From assembly GCF_009834535.1 (NCBI RefSeq), contig NC_045696.1:27902001-27966000 (forward strand): a DNA stretch of 64,000 nt, in the 5' to 3' direction. The notes beneath the pieces are model-generated. The model worked only from the letters and a program-made list of their open reading frames with translations, was not told where the DNA came from and did not search any database. The position numbers and the translations under genes are program-made. Numbering within the stretch: the first letter of the stretch is position 1; every line of letters begins with the position of its first letter. Positions 15,099 to 27,790 of the stretch are shown piece by piece. This DNA is from Camelus ferus. Taxonomy: Eukaryota.

Positions 15099-15513
15099 TA
15101 CGAATTCTCAACGGGGTATTTGAAAGTTTTTCATGTGGGAGAACCACCCTAAGGATTGTAGGACATACAGCATCTCAGGTTTCTACCCACTAAATGCTGG
15201 TTGCAATGTCGCTTTAATAATTACGGCAACCAAATGTCTCTGCAGTATTCCAAAGTCTGCAGAAGAGCAGCGATCCTCTTTCTTTTTTTTTTTTTAATTT
15301 GTTATTGTCAGCCCCAAGGAGCCTTTTAAACACTTTCATCCTAATGGCATTCCTCAATGAAGTTATAATAGCGTTGATACACTACGCTTTACACATATAC
15401 AAGGACAACTGTTCACCCCACAGGATCAAAGTTTTTCCCTCTTGGGGGCAAAATCTTCCCCATAGAGAATGTCTGTCCAGAGAGAACTAGACCACCGTCA
15501 TTGAGAACCGCAG
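15099..15513 (-). mobile_element. MER20-like hAT-Charlie MITE, split by a second MITE
   Basis: 15099-15267 follows the recalled antisense MER20 (ttctcaac...gattgtaggacatacagcatctcaggtttctacccactaaatgc...caaccaaatgtctc). The terminus ttgagaaccgcag is at 15501-15513. Confidence 0.7.
15268..15475 (+). mobile_element. MER112-like hAT-Charlie MITE nested in the MER20-like element
   Basis: ttattgtcagccccaaggagccttttaaacactttcatcctaat...ccctcttgggggcaaaatcttccccatagagaatgtctg resembles a recalled short Charlie-family MITE. Exact family name and strand uncertain. Confidence 0.55.
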
Positions 15514-15694
15514 TTCATGCTGGGAAAGAACAGTCCTGGTGCCAGAGCTGAGTCAGGCCTGCCCACTGGGGCCCTCTGATCAGTGACAGGCTCCCACGTC
15601 TGTGACTGTGGGCACTTGCCCCTTCTCTGAGGCAGCAGTAAACAGAGAAATGTGAGATGCTGTCAGTGTGTCTATGTACATAACCAGAGTGGCT

Positions 15695-16010
15695 CTGTAA
15701 AATGTTAGGCAATTTCACTCTTTAGCTCAGACTTCTCCACTGGCTCCCCATTTCATTTAGATTAAAATCTCAAGTGCTTACATTGGTCTATCAGGGTTAA
15801 CATGATCTGTTTCTCCTCTTCAACCTCCTTCTGACCTCTGGGCATGTGGACTTCTGGGCCTGCTCCCATGAGCAAGCCAAGCACACTTTTAATAGTCAGT
15901 CAAAGCTTTGCATTTATTTTGCCTTCTCTTTGGAACACTTCCCTCAGATGGGAGCATAGCTCACTCACTCACTTCTTTCAGTTCTGTTCATTTGTTCAAT
16001 GAGTGAATAT
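15695..16010 (+). mobile_element. LINE-2 3' fragment
   Basis: ctccactggctccccatttcatttagattaaaatctcaagtgcttacattggtc...tggaacacttccctcagat. Confidence 0.7.
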
Positions 16011-18919
16011 ATACTGATTAAACATACATTTTGAAATTAAAGGAGATTGTGCACATCCTGGCACGTCCATGTTTACTTATGAGGACTGCCAGAATACTTT
16101 AGATTACTTATAAACTGCAAATGACCACACATCTAGCACTCTATAAAACTGGCCTTAAAACAGCAAGATTATTTTCAGTAGGAACGAAGTCCAGTGCTTT
16201 CAGGTTGACAGAGGAGCATGGCTCCTTGCGTTGAGCATAGATGAAAGGGGTTTCATATTTTTCCACCTGGAGACATTCTTATTCTCTCTTTTCATATCAC
16301 TACCTGAACTTGACTATGAAACATACTGACATTGTCTTCTATTCTTAAATTTTGACAGACTTTTACAGATATTTTCCAAACATAATCCAAAAATGACATG
16401 AAAGGCCCGAGCTGCTGCTTCACACACACGAGATCCTTGTGCAGTCAAGCAGAACTCATAACTCTTAAGTTTATTAGGTGCACATTTACCCCTGGTTTTA
16501 TATTTAATCACTTGTGCAGAAAAGCTTGCTGTGTGTTGATCAGTTCTCCAAATTATGTCACCAAGCGTAAATTCATTTCAAAATACGGTAAATGTGACTT
16601 CTCGGCCAAACTATTAAATTAGAAAAATATTGCAATCAGTTAAAGTAAATTTGACAGTCTGCATTATTTCCTAGTCATAAAAGCCAAAGCCTTAAAAATT
16701 TTCCAAGTTTTTCTATCGATTTCCTGAGTCTCTCTATAAGAAATACACCTGTAACAGCCCTCTCAAAACACAAGGTTTCATATTTAACAAAGGATGTTAT
16801 CAAGGAACACATGTTCTAATAGCATTATTTTAGGCAGAAATCTGACAAAATTTTGTATATGAATCCCCCAAACTACCCTCACATTTCAGGTCTTTTTTAT
16901 GTGAAAAGAGTTTTTTCTTCCCCTCCCCTCAACATCGTAAACAGTTTGTACTTCTACTTTGAAGGCTCCATTTTACAAGTCAAGACTACTTTTTATAATA
17001 AGAACAAAATTCTGTTGTCTTTTTCCATCTAAATATTAACAACGCAAGTATTTAAAGATGGGAACTTGGTTTTAAAGCATTTATATTAGAATGTCATTTT
17101 ATACAGTGTGGGTTTTATACAGGGAAAAATGTGCATTGTAAATATATATTTTAAATAAATGTTTTCTTAAATAAGTGTATTTTATTGAATGGAGATATAA
17201 AGGCACTTTTTAAAAAAATCACTATTAGAAGTTTGGCTAATTGGCTAATTGGTGTTTAAATGTGTAAATGGATAAGTAAGTCAATGAGTTGGTAAGCATA
17301 ATTCTAAGATATCCTCTTAGCTTTCCCTAAGTTTTCTGGGCCCATTCATCTCACAATAAATTACTTAATTTTAGAAATACAATTCGACAAAAGGAAAAGA
17401 AATAGTGCCATCAAAAATTACCAGTTCCTGAATATTTACTGACTCCTTAATAGAACACAGATTAAAAGTGGAGGAAATATATACATACCCATATTTAAAT
17501 TTGAGATAACAAAGAAAATCCAAAATGGGTTTCTAGCCAAAAGTTAATCACTTGGAAATTATTATTTTTTAATTCAATGGCTTGTTTCTAAGAATTGTTG
17601 ATTAAAAAAATAACTTAGCTCTAATTTCCCCAAGCTTACTGTTTGATTGTGGAATATTTGCCCATTCATTCATTCATTATGTATTTATTTATTAATTAAG
17701 GACCAGTCTCTAAAATGCATTACTAAATTGGGTTTTAATATCAAGGTGATACAGTTAACTAAAATTTAAAGGCTGAAAGGTGTAAGAATTGATGTTTAGG
17801 CTTCTACATTTTGTTGATTGTGTACTCAACATTTTCTGAGAGTAGATATTATAAATGTGAATTGGGTCTGCATTCTTCACCGTAAGAAATGTTTAATAAT
17901 AGAGGAGGGAATATTAAGTCCTTTGGTAAATGGCTAACGTTGTCATTGAATACTTTGAATACTCACACACATCCAATGGGTATTTCTAAACTCAAGTACT
18001 GTAGGCTCATCAGGAATCAATGATCAATGAAGTCAGTGTACTTCTCAATCAAAAGTGTCAGAAAAAGGAGGGGGGTGATAAATATGGGTACTCTGAAATA
18101 AAACCAAGTGATCCCTGATAATTTCTAGCACATAAAATGAAAATATATTATATAGCAGTAAAAATAAAGTGAATTCTTGGCAAAGACAGAGTATTCAAAT
18201 TTCTCTAATTTCCTTTAGGATTTAATCCTGGCTTCATTTATGGGAACCTTACATGCACTTTCAAGTAACTTTTCAGAGAGAAATAATCATAGTTATACTT
18301 GGAGGTTTTATATATATATTATATCATATATATGTATATATACATAATGTATATAAATGTCTGCATGTGCACACATATATAGAACCTATTGTTTAACTGC
18401 TTTCTAATTTATATCTGTTAAACACATTTGATACTTCTTACAATTATTTGATATGATATATGATACTGTTCATTGTGTCTTAATTTTAGAAGGTATAAAT
18501 CTCAAAATACAAGATAACTATCTTTGTCAGTATTCACCACAATACCTTACAAATTTGCAACAGGATTAGAAAAAAATAAACTTAAACTAAGATTAGGTTT
18601 GTGATTTGATTTGAACTTTTTAAATATTTTTCATAAGAAATTCTTATTCCATTAAAAATATACTCCTCAGTTTTTTGTCTTTGAGGGTTGCCAACGTATC
18701 TCTTGATATTACAGACCTTACTAGCTTTCCTTCTCTGCCATCATGTTACATTTTCCCAATGCATACAGTGACATGGGCTCTGTACCAACCAAGTCACATA
18801 CTCTCAGGAAACAGCTCTCTTCTTGTTGGTAGTATTACAGAGAAGTATGTGCAATGAACAGAAAAAGAGGCATTTTCAAGAAGAAGAAAAATTTAACAAT
18901 CGGCACAATCAGAATCGCT

Positions 18920-19110
18920 AGTACTTGAACATCTGTGTGCCAAAACTTTACAATCGGTGTGGTAAATCTTCACAACTTGTGGGAGAAAATATAGTTACCT
19001 CCATTTAACAAATAAAAACCGAGAGATCATGTCAGTTTTCACAACATACATGGATGTTCGAAGGTGGGATTTGGATCTTGGTATATCTGTCTCCAGGGTA
19101 CCTGCTCTTA
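18920..19110 (-). mobile_element. MIR SINE, degraded
   Basis: aatcttcacaac...ctccatttaacaaataaaaaccgag...gggatttggatcttggtatatctgtctccag. Confidence 0.6.
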
Positions 19111-22100
19111 TAAATTCCATATAATATAATGATTTTGAAACATACTGGAGACTTAACTGTTTTCCCCCAAATTAAATTTGAGGCTGGATGGACCACCACT
19201 TTACTCTAAATTATGTGTTACCTTTCAAGGGGAAATGATTTTGATGATTATTTTTATGATGACTTCATTTATCAAAGAAGAAATTTCCTTGGCAGCAACT
19301 GATGAAATTTCTGGCAGAGCTCATGACCTTCTTGCCCAGAAACTTTGTTAAGGTTACAACGCTACTCTATGATACTGAAGCATTAAATGCTTCAGGTTAA
19401 TGGGCTGCCAATGTCTTCAAATTATCACTCATTCTCTCTCAACCCACTTCTCAACTACACAGCCTTACATCACAAAGAACCCCCATTTCTTCCCTCTGTC
19501 TCTATTTCTCTCTGATTGGAAAATGTAACAAAGCTAGAAATTTTAATGCTAATAATTTTGCAGATTCCTTTCTTCGTGGTAAAAATGAGAGATGAGCCAA
19601 GACTACACTACTTTTGAGTCTGCTCAGAATTTTCTTACTTATTTAAACATCACCAAACTGACATATAGTGTGAAAATCTTAATGGTGGGGTGGGAGTGTT
19701 AAACAGATTCATAGGAAAAAATGTAGCTACTTTGGCAGGGACTTTGGACAAGTTAGAGCAGTGATATATTCATCACCACATTTCCTTGGGTACACTGTTC
19801 TACTTCATTACACTGTCCAAAACTAACTGAGCTCTAGCACATAAAATTTTTTAACACTTCTGTAACCTAGGAACAATTTCAAATGGCCAATAATAGGTAG
19901 TTTCTAAGGAGGACTAGTGAATAGTAAAATTTTGAACTTGTCTCTTTTTCAAAGTAGCAAGCTTTCAAAGACATTATATCCTTAGGTGTGGTGTTACTAT
20001 AACGTTGGGCTCTAAATTTTTATGAGTTTAAATCTCTAGTTTTAAAATCAAAGTCAATTGGAAAATAGTAGTCAACTGACAGAAATAAGCTACATAGCCA
20101 AATTTGTTGGCTTACATCTGTACCATAAAATGAGAAAAAAGAAATCTTATAGGCTTTCTTTTTTTCATAAATTTGAATGAAAACATTGTATTTTAAAAAA
20201 TTAGAGAATATAGTTAAAATCACCATGCTGGAATAACTTAGGGTCATTCCTCTGTGGCAAAGGCTAGATGAATGCTGAATTTACCAAAACTGAGGTTACA
20301 GACATCAATATTGTTCATTCTCATGGATTACATACCTTCTTATAAAATCATTAACTAAATATAAAACATTTAATTTCTATCATCTTTAGCAAAATGGGAT
20401 CAAAGGTGTTGTATCTTTATTTTGAAATCCTGCTTATGTAGAATTTTAACTTTTCAATGTGGAATGGTTTGAGAATGGATTACCTGGGAAATTGCTTTTC
20501 TATTCATGTGTGTGACAGCTGAGTTCAGCTGTTTCCTTAAGCATCTCTGGAACAGCTGAGTGCTTTCTCCTGGTCCCCAGATTTGAGACTAAGGGAACTA
20601 GAGGCAACAAAGTTACACTGGAATGTATGTGATCAAGGAATTTACTTTCTGTTCATCTGCTACAGCTTTAAGTTATTGACCTTTGTGACACATATAGGGG
20701 CAGAATCATACTCTATAACTAGCCTTCCCTACATATGGGTGTATATGTTAGCACAACTATATTCACCATAATTGTGTGTTACAGGCTCAGTGCAAGCAAA
20801 ACACAAAATAGGTAACTCCAAACTGATGTTTCAGTCTACAAACTTAACTGATCATAAAAGTTCTTATCTGTTCTCTGGCATTTATAGTTGTCCTCAGACA
20901 ACAGGTATGGCAATCTGGAGAAAGGGAATGAAACAAAGTTGATTTTATGTCCATTGTCCTAGAGTTCTTTGGTAGTAAATAAAATGAGTACCAACCAATG
21001 AGTCAGCCAGTAAAAGCAGCTCATATTCTGCTATCTCTCTGTATCTTTTTTGTGGTAAGAAATAATAATGTAAATATTGTAATTATTCTTCACCACTTTG
21101 AATTGAATGGAAAGTGTGTAAATTGTCCCACTGAAATTGTGGTGATTTATTTCCAGCTATAATTTACAAAGAATTAGTGATAGTTCTTCCAAAAATACCA
21201 CACTATAAATGATTGCAGACATGCTTTGCGATATTGTTCTCCACAAAAAGAAATGTGGTGCACTGTCTAGAGTTTCATTATGACATACTGTGTATCTTTA
21301 ATGTTCAGGATATAAAGATAATCCTCTTGGGTTCCATGAACTTTACTAACGTAATACATGAGATCTCTACCCTCTGACTGCAACTAGTTACTCAGATGGT
21401 TGCAGAAAGGAAGATTTCTTCTTTAGGGGAACAGTGTCTGTTGTATGTTATAACATCTGATTCTGCCTTTTTATCTTCAAGGAAGCACATTATGCTTTTT
21501 CTCTGATAGGGTCCAATCACCCCTGGGGGGTTTACTGGCAAATCCTATCATGCTTCTCAAATTTCTGTATTGTACTATCAGTTTCAGGCTGTGTTTTAGT
21601 GTATCTTGGATACTAATCTTTGCCTGGAGGTAACTCACTACTTATACCATTAATCTATTGATTTTTGGTATCAGATTCATTATCTGATCAGCAATGTAAG
21701 CATATCTTTTCATTGGCTATTAGAAACAGAACAAGAAGTACTAACTCTTTCTTTTGTAACTTTATACTGTGGATTAAAGTTATACACTGTTTTAACTTAC
21801 TGAACATGGTTATTTCTTTACAAGAGGTATTTCTCAAAAATTCATAAAATGAATAGTTGAAAAAGAGATAAAGAACAGTGAAAAATTTTTTTCAATTAAA
21901 ATAACTTGTAAGCCTATTTAAATGTCTCATAGCTTTATAAAACTAGTATTTTGAAAGAAGAGTTAAAAACTGTTCTGCAGTATTAACTCTTGAGGATTGT
22001 GTAGTGTATGATATTGTCATAAAGTGGTGAAGATGAAACAAAATTGGAGAAAGAGCAATAGCAGTTAAGTTTTTATTCTTAGAGCTTTTAAAAATTTATT

Positions 22101-24397
22101 TTCAATGATTTCAGGGCATCACTGAAGGACTATTCTCTGAATAATTCTAATATTTCAAAAATTTCTTACAAGAAACACTTGACCTGTGGCCAGCGACTGA
22201 AGAGGCGCAGATGTTAACAATAACTATAGAGAGTTCATTTTTAAATGTTGTAATGGGAGGTTAAAAATAAAATATCAAGATAAGAAATGCACTGTGGTAT
22301 ATTTATGGAGGGGTTCTCCCCCTCCCCCAGAGGATAGAAGTTGTGGCAATCTTAAAAAGATTCTGTAAACCAGAGACTTACTTTTTTCTTTATAATAAGT
22401 ATCTTCTAAGTTAATACAAAGCATCAAATCTATACATATGCTATGTCTACGACCCAGTCTTTTCCTTGGATGATGTGGCTGCTTTAAACAAACAAACAAA
22501 CAAAAAAAAAATATGTTTTTTTAATTGAGAAAAGCCTTAAAATATTTAAAAAAATAATTAGAGATTGTATATAATCACAATGCCTAACGAAAACCCTTAA
22601 TTTGGAGCATTTCCTTTCAATTGAATTTCTCCTCAAACTTTCTTTACTAGAGCCAGAGACAGAGACAATAACAGGAGAGACAGACTTCTTGCCTTCTTGG
22701 GGTTTCTAGTCATTCTATTGGTGGAGAAATAAATACATAAAAACATATATGAGATAAAGTTAAATAACGATAAATGGTATAAAAAACAGGACTAGAGAAT
22801 TGAGAATTATATGGCATGCAGTTCTTTTTTATTTAAGAAGGTCTTTATGTGTTCTTTTTTTGAGTCAAAGTGTATATAAATCATTACAGCCTTTTTTTTC
22901 ACCAAATGTTACACTTTAAGCATTTCCTATACTGCAATTTTTTTAAAACTTACTTTTTATGTTTGAAAATGATTACATTTTACAGGATCTACTCTATTTA
23001 TTTACCTTTCTCTATTTTACATTTACATATTCTTGCAAAAACTAATATCTTGGTGGATATCTTTGTGCATACTTTCATCAAATCATAAGGTTATATTCAA
23101 TAATTTTACATGTTCCAAAGAACTTATTTAGCTGGTATACTAATTTACACTCTCAAATTTGATTGATATTCTTGAAGAGTCCATTTGTTTGAGTGAATAA
23201 TCATTGAGTTTTTACAATGTGCCAGGAATTCTACTAAATGCTGAAAATGATACAAAGAGTCTCTTCCTTGAGTTCACAATTTCAAGAAATGGGCAAAATT
23301 GTAAACAGATGTAAAATGTCGGACAAATACTAAAATAATCAAATTCTAGTTACTGAAAAAAATGCAAGCAAAGGAAACATTTACGGGCACTAAAATCTCT
23401 CAAATAACATATGCAGTCCATTTTGAAGTAGAAGATTATCTTTAACAACCTCTGAAGTCTTTTTAAGCTTTTAGAGGTCCGTGAATAGAAAATGACCAAA
23501 AAAAATGAAAAGATCAATAAAGTTTCTGATGTAGGCAACAAAGAATATAAATTTCCTTAGACACGCAGACTGATGCCAAGACCTGGGACTTGACATTCTT
23601 TGAAAATTGGAAATTCTGATTGAGATTTCTTATGTTGACTTTCATCACTACCATTTTAAGTATAATATATAGCTCTCAATTCGTTAGGAAATTAAATATC
23701 CCTCTAAATATACTCACAAATCCCCCCAAAGGATATTTACTAAGTTTAACATAAGCTTTTTATCACAATTTACCCATGGTTGTGAGACAACTGATCCCAA
23801 CAGGAATTCTCTCAGTTGAGAAATTCTCAATGAATTGCCTCAGCAGTTCTCACCCACTCTCTTCAACACAAAGGTATGCTTAGATCACTCACTTTTGTGT
23901 TTCCCAAGCATTATTTGAAAAGTAAAAGAGAGAAGCACAGGGTTAAGACTTTGCAGTGCCCCTGCTGTTTTTGGCATTGAAGACCACCACAGCAATCATA
24001 ATACAGAAATTACAGTTCAGTCACCTCTTGAGAAGTCAATTTAAAAACAGAAAACTATGCCTCTCTTTTAGGACAACTAGTTGATCAAGTTCCACCCATT
24101 TTTTTTTTCCTGATCCATCCGCAGTCCCAGTTGTTTCCAAGAATAATTTCCCTAAAAATAATTTTTTGAAAGTTTGGAAATTCTTAAACTTTCTATCTGT
24201 AGCTTGCTAACGGTCTTCTGAAGATATTTATTTACCTCCAACCAGAATGAAGACTTTGGGAATGCCTACATGAAAGAGTAACAGCTTGAGTATTTTCAAA
24301 CTGAGTCATTTTGAACCTATTGTTTTGAAAATGAACCCAAAGCTGACTCAGGAACTAGGATTGGGTTTCCTACAGTCAGACTGTCCTCTGAGGGAGC

Positions 24398-24635
24398 TTG
24401 GTGCCATGGAAAGAACACTGAATTAGAAGTCTAAACAGTGATTATAGAGCAGTGTCTGTAACCTAACTGCGTGAACGTTTTGGAGTTAAGTCATTTAACT
24501 TTTTGGTATATCAGTTTCTTCTTCTTTAAGTGGAAGTATTGTATCTATTCTTGCTAATCATGATATTATTGTAGATACATTTTCATATAATGGACATGAA
24601 AATATTATAAACTTATAAGACTAGATAAACAAAAA
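24398..24635 (+). mobile_element. MIR (MIR3/MIRc-like)
   Basis: ggtgccatggaaagaacactgaattagaagtc...aagtcatttaactttttggtatatcagtttcttcttctttaa. Confidence 0.65.
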
Positions 24636-25352
24636 TTATAACAAATCTTATGGGCTAGAGTGAATAGATTTAAGTCCAATATGTGGAGTAAAACTGATGT
24701 CACTTGGAGTTGGGGGATGAGTGAATTCTTCTTCGCATTCGCCAGTGGGGATTAGAGTTCTTGGTCCCACCTTAGAATAATGAGGGAGAACATCAAGGCA
24801 ACATTCAGGTCCAGAGAGGAAATGGTCAATAAAATCAATCACTTCTTATTTGTGGATGGTGTAGATATCAGACCCATATGTGCGCCTTTTCTGAATCATG
24901 ACAAGGAGAAAAAGAGATTAAAGGAAAAAGAGGAAGGAAGATTAAAGGACAGCAATAATCAATTACTGAGAAATTCAACTGAAAGTTGAATAAGTTAAAT
25001 CTATAACTTTTTCCAGCTTATCAGGCTCAGGGTCCCTGTTGATCTTTCCATCAGAGCATTTCACATCAGTAAAGCAAAACTGTACCTGGGCCAAAGCTGT
25101 GATTAAAACAAAAGTCACAAGCTTAGCAATTAGCTCTAGGGTTACTTGAATCTTCTGGACTGTAGTTCCAGTAAAATAAGCTTATTGGCATGCCTCCTCT
25201 GAGCATTCGATGACATTTTGAAAGAAGCCTTCCCCTTCTCCAAGCAGATTCCTTGGTCCATTTTTATATTTTGCTTTTGAAGAAAGATATAGACAAGAGG
25301 AATGCATCCATCTCTAAGCTTGGAGAAGAGGAATATAGCTACATCTAAGCTT

Positions 25353-25355
<3 letters not shown>

Positions 25356-25387
<32 letters not shown>
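25356..25387. repeat. (CA)n microsatellite
   Basis: Directly visible, about 16 units. Confidence 0.97.
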
Positions 25388-25390
<3 letters not shown>

Positions 25391-26172
25391 AATGGGACCC
25401 TTCCACCTATAGTAGCCTATGGGAGGGTAGAAGGGAGAAGAGACAGTGACTGGATCTGCCAATTAGCTCGGAGAGAAACAAATGTCAAATCCATTTCCTT
25501 CACCAGAAACAGATTCAGTTCTAAAACTAAAATAGTACTTTCAGTACTATATGCCTTAAATACATAGACACGTGCAACAGTGAAATTGTGGCGGTCTTGC
25601 GTTTCCATAGGGAGAGAGTAAAGAAGTTAATGAGGCTAAGGAGTAATATATTTATCAACCTGCAATTCCCAATTGTAAAACATAGACTCTTAAGTTATTC
25701 GAATCAGAGTGCCTCAGACATTTGCTACTTCTAAGTTTCCTTTCTGGTTACCCTCAGAACAAAATGCTTAGATGTAAAAAACAGCATTACATTGCTAGCA
25801 TTTGAATATCAACAAATGTGAGCAACATATTTGAACTCAATGTAGAATAGCTAGTGTTAACTTCCACATATGGCTTTTGGATCTATCTGCTCCAAGTCTT
25901 TACAGTCTCAGGAATTGTAAGAGTTAACCAGAAAAGCCAAGCAAAAGTCTTGCAGTGGAATCCAGAACAATATTGCAGATGTGTGGAGCCTGCAGAAGGT
26001 GGAGTCCATTTATTCTGCATGCATATTTAATGCGTAAAATTATTTTTAAGCCTTAAAACAACCTCTTCGATATGCTGTGAACTGCAAAGCTAGTCGAACC
26101 CGACACATTCCTAAATATACAGAAGAAAGAAAGAAAGAAATGCACCAAGAGTGAAAATTCCTGGTTACTCAC

Positions 26173-26281
26173 GATTCTTTTCACCTCTCCACCTTGATCC
26201 GGCTTTCATTCTGCCTGAGACACCCACAGGAGAAGTTATTTCTGCCATCGAGAGCAGCAGCATCAGTAACAGCACAGCCAT
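26173..26281 (-). CDS. Candidate first coding exon (partial CDS) of an unidentified gene; signal-peptide-like N-terminus MAVLLLMLLLSMAEITSPVGVSGRMKAGSRWRGEKN, then a phase-1 intron
   Basis: Minus strand: ATG at 26281 in strong Kozak context (cctGGC-ATG-G), 36 open codons plus 1 nt, then donor AATC|GTGAGT (intron starts 26172). Hydrophobic Leu-rich start. Unique non-repeat sequence with locally retained CpGs. Candidate acceptors upstream at 26339 (ttttctactcccag|) and 26326 (ccttcag|). No downstream exon identified and no homolog recognised. Confidence 0.5.
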
Positions 26282-26474
26282 GCCAGGTAAAAATAACCTC
26301 GATGGAGAGTCCTGTCACACACGAACCTGAAGGCTTTTACTGGGAGTAGAAAACCCTGGAGCCAATCCTGTCATTTTACTCAGCAGAAATGCAGAAAGGC
26401 TGTTTTTTTCCCCATAAATTTTAAAAAAGCAGGTACGGTCTCATCAGGCTTTCCATTTGAATTATGCAGGGAAT

Positions 26475-26478
<4 letters not shown>

Positions 26479-26509
<31 letters not shown>
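26479..26509. repeat. Poly(A)31 tract
   Basis: 31 consecutive A; no attached SINE or LINE body recognised. Confidence 0.95.
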
Positions 26510-26511
<2 letters not shown>

Positions 26512-27477
26512 AGGGATGCAAAAGCTTCCTCTATCCATAAGAAAAATGTCAGGAGCGATGAGCTGACAGTTCTCTCTGGTCTTTCTGCGGCTACCAGTTC
26601 CTAACCTGCTCTTGCCAACTCTCACTTGTTCCAAATGTTTGTCAACATTTTTCATAACACGATAGGAGATTTCAGCATTTTCCCACCTACCCATTCTGTT
26701 CCACAGATTATAGTACTTGACGAATCTGAATATTTAATTTTGGCACTGCAAACACACCTCATTTCAAACAGAGGTGGTTGTTAGGGAAAGAAAAAAAAAA
26801 CCTACTTTTTCTCAAAGCTCTATCTAACATCTTGGAGAAGAGATTAGATGTATAAGTATCTGCTGCTGAGACGTGATAAAAATATCTCTGAAAATGGGGA
26901 GGGGTAAACAATCAGCTTTCCTACTTAGCTTGTACTATGTAAATTATAGATTCAAAGAATAATGTGAAAAGACAATCTGCCAAAAATATCACAGATCCAT
27001 GAAGCAGGCAAATGTAATGCACATCGCACATTCAAGGATCAACTGCATTGCACTGTAGACACTTGTTTGCTTTATAAATACATGTTGGTATATTCCATCT
27101 CTCCTGTTTCCTGCAGGATGATTTTTATCACCTTGTGAGCTGAGCAGATTTTTTAGCAAATTAGACTTCTCTGTTTTACAGTCAGGTCTATTTCCCGTGG
27201 GCAAATTGCAGTTATGTCTTGATTATTTTGGAACTACGCTGTCCCAACATGAGACGCGCATCTTCACTTTGGGGCAAATATTTATATTTTTTTAAAAATA
27301 AAAATAATGTCATGCTTTTAAGAACATTATAGGGCCATAATATACATACACTTGTTTTAACAAGCACATAAAGCTATTTTAGGATACTGCTTAAACACAG
27401 TAATATTCTACAACCTGACCGAATTCTACAGTTAAATAGTTCACACAGCTGCCCAAACATATTTCTAAAACACATAC

Positions 27478-27526
27478 CTGAGAATGTGCTGTTTACTGTT
27501 AGTCTCCTATGCTGCAGCAGGAGAGG

Positions 27527-27610
<84 letters not shown>

Positions 27611-27620
27611 AAGGTCTACA
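27478..27620 (-). other. Candidate upstream non-coding (5' UTR) exon of the same gene
   Basis: Minus strand donor CAG|GTATGT (exon ends 27478), about 1.15 kb upstream of the candidate coding exon. The 5' boundary is uncertain: either a TSS just before the (CT)n tract or an acceptor ctgctgcag| right after it. Confidence 0.4.
27519..27614. repeat. (GA)n microsatellite / about 95-nt pure polypurine tract
   Basis: Directly visible: gagagggagagaaagagagagagaaa(ga)n...gagagggagaaagg. Confidence 0.97.
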
Positions 27621-27790
27621 GCAGCCAAGCCCATAACATAAATAGGTGAAACAGGCTGAGGTGAAGCAAGAGGGAGAGGTGGGGACTGCGGCTCTCAGTG
27701 GAGATATCTCTGTGAAAGGCAACAGGTGCCACTCAACCCCAGCTGAATGTTGCCATGGGAACTGCAGATTCTGGGTTGCCAGATGTTTCA
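27615..27790 (-). promoter_or_regulatory. Candidate CpG-poor promoter region
   Basis: Unique sequence that is GC-richer than its surroundings, directly upstream (minus strand) of the (CT)n tract. TATA-like TATTTAT at about 27638-27644 (plus strand ataaata). Inference only. Confidence 0.25.
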
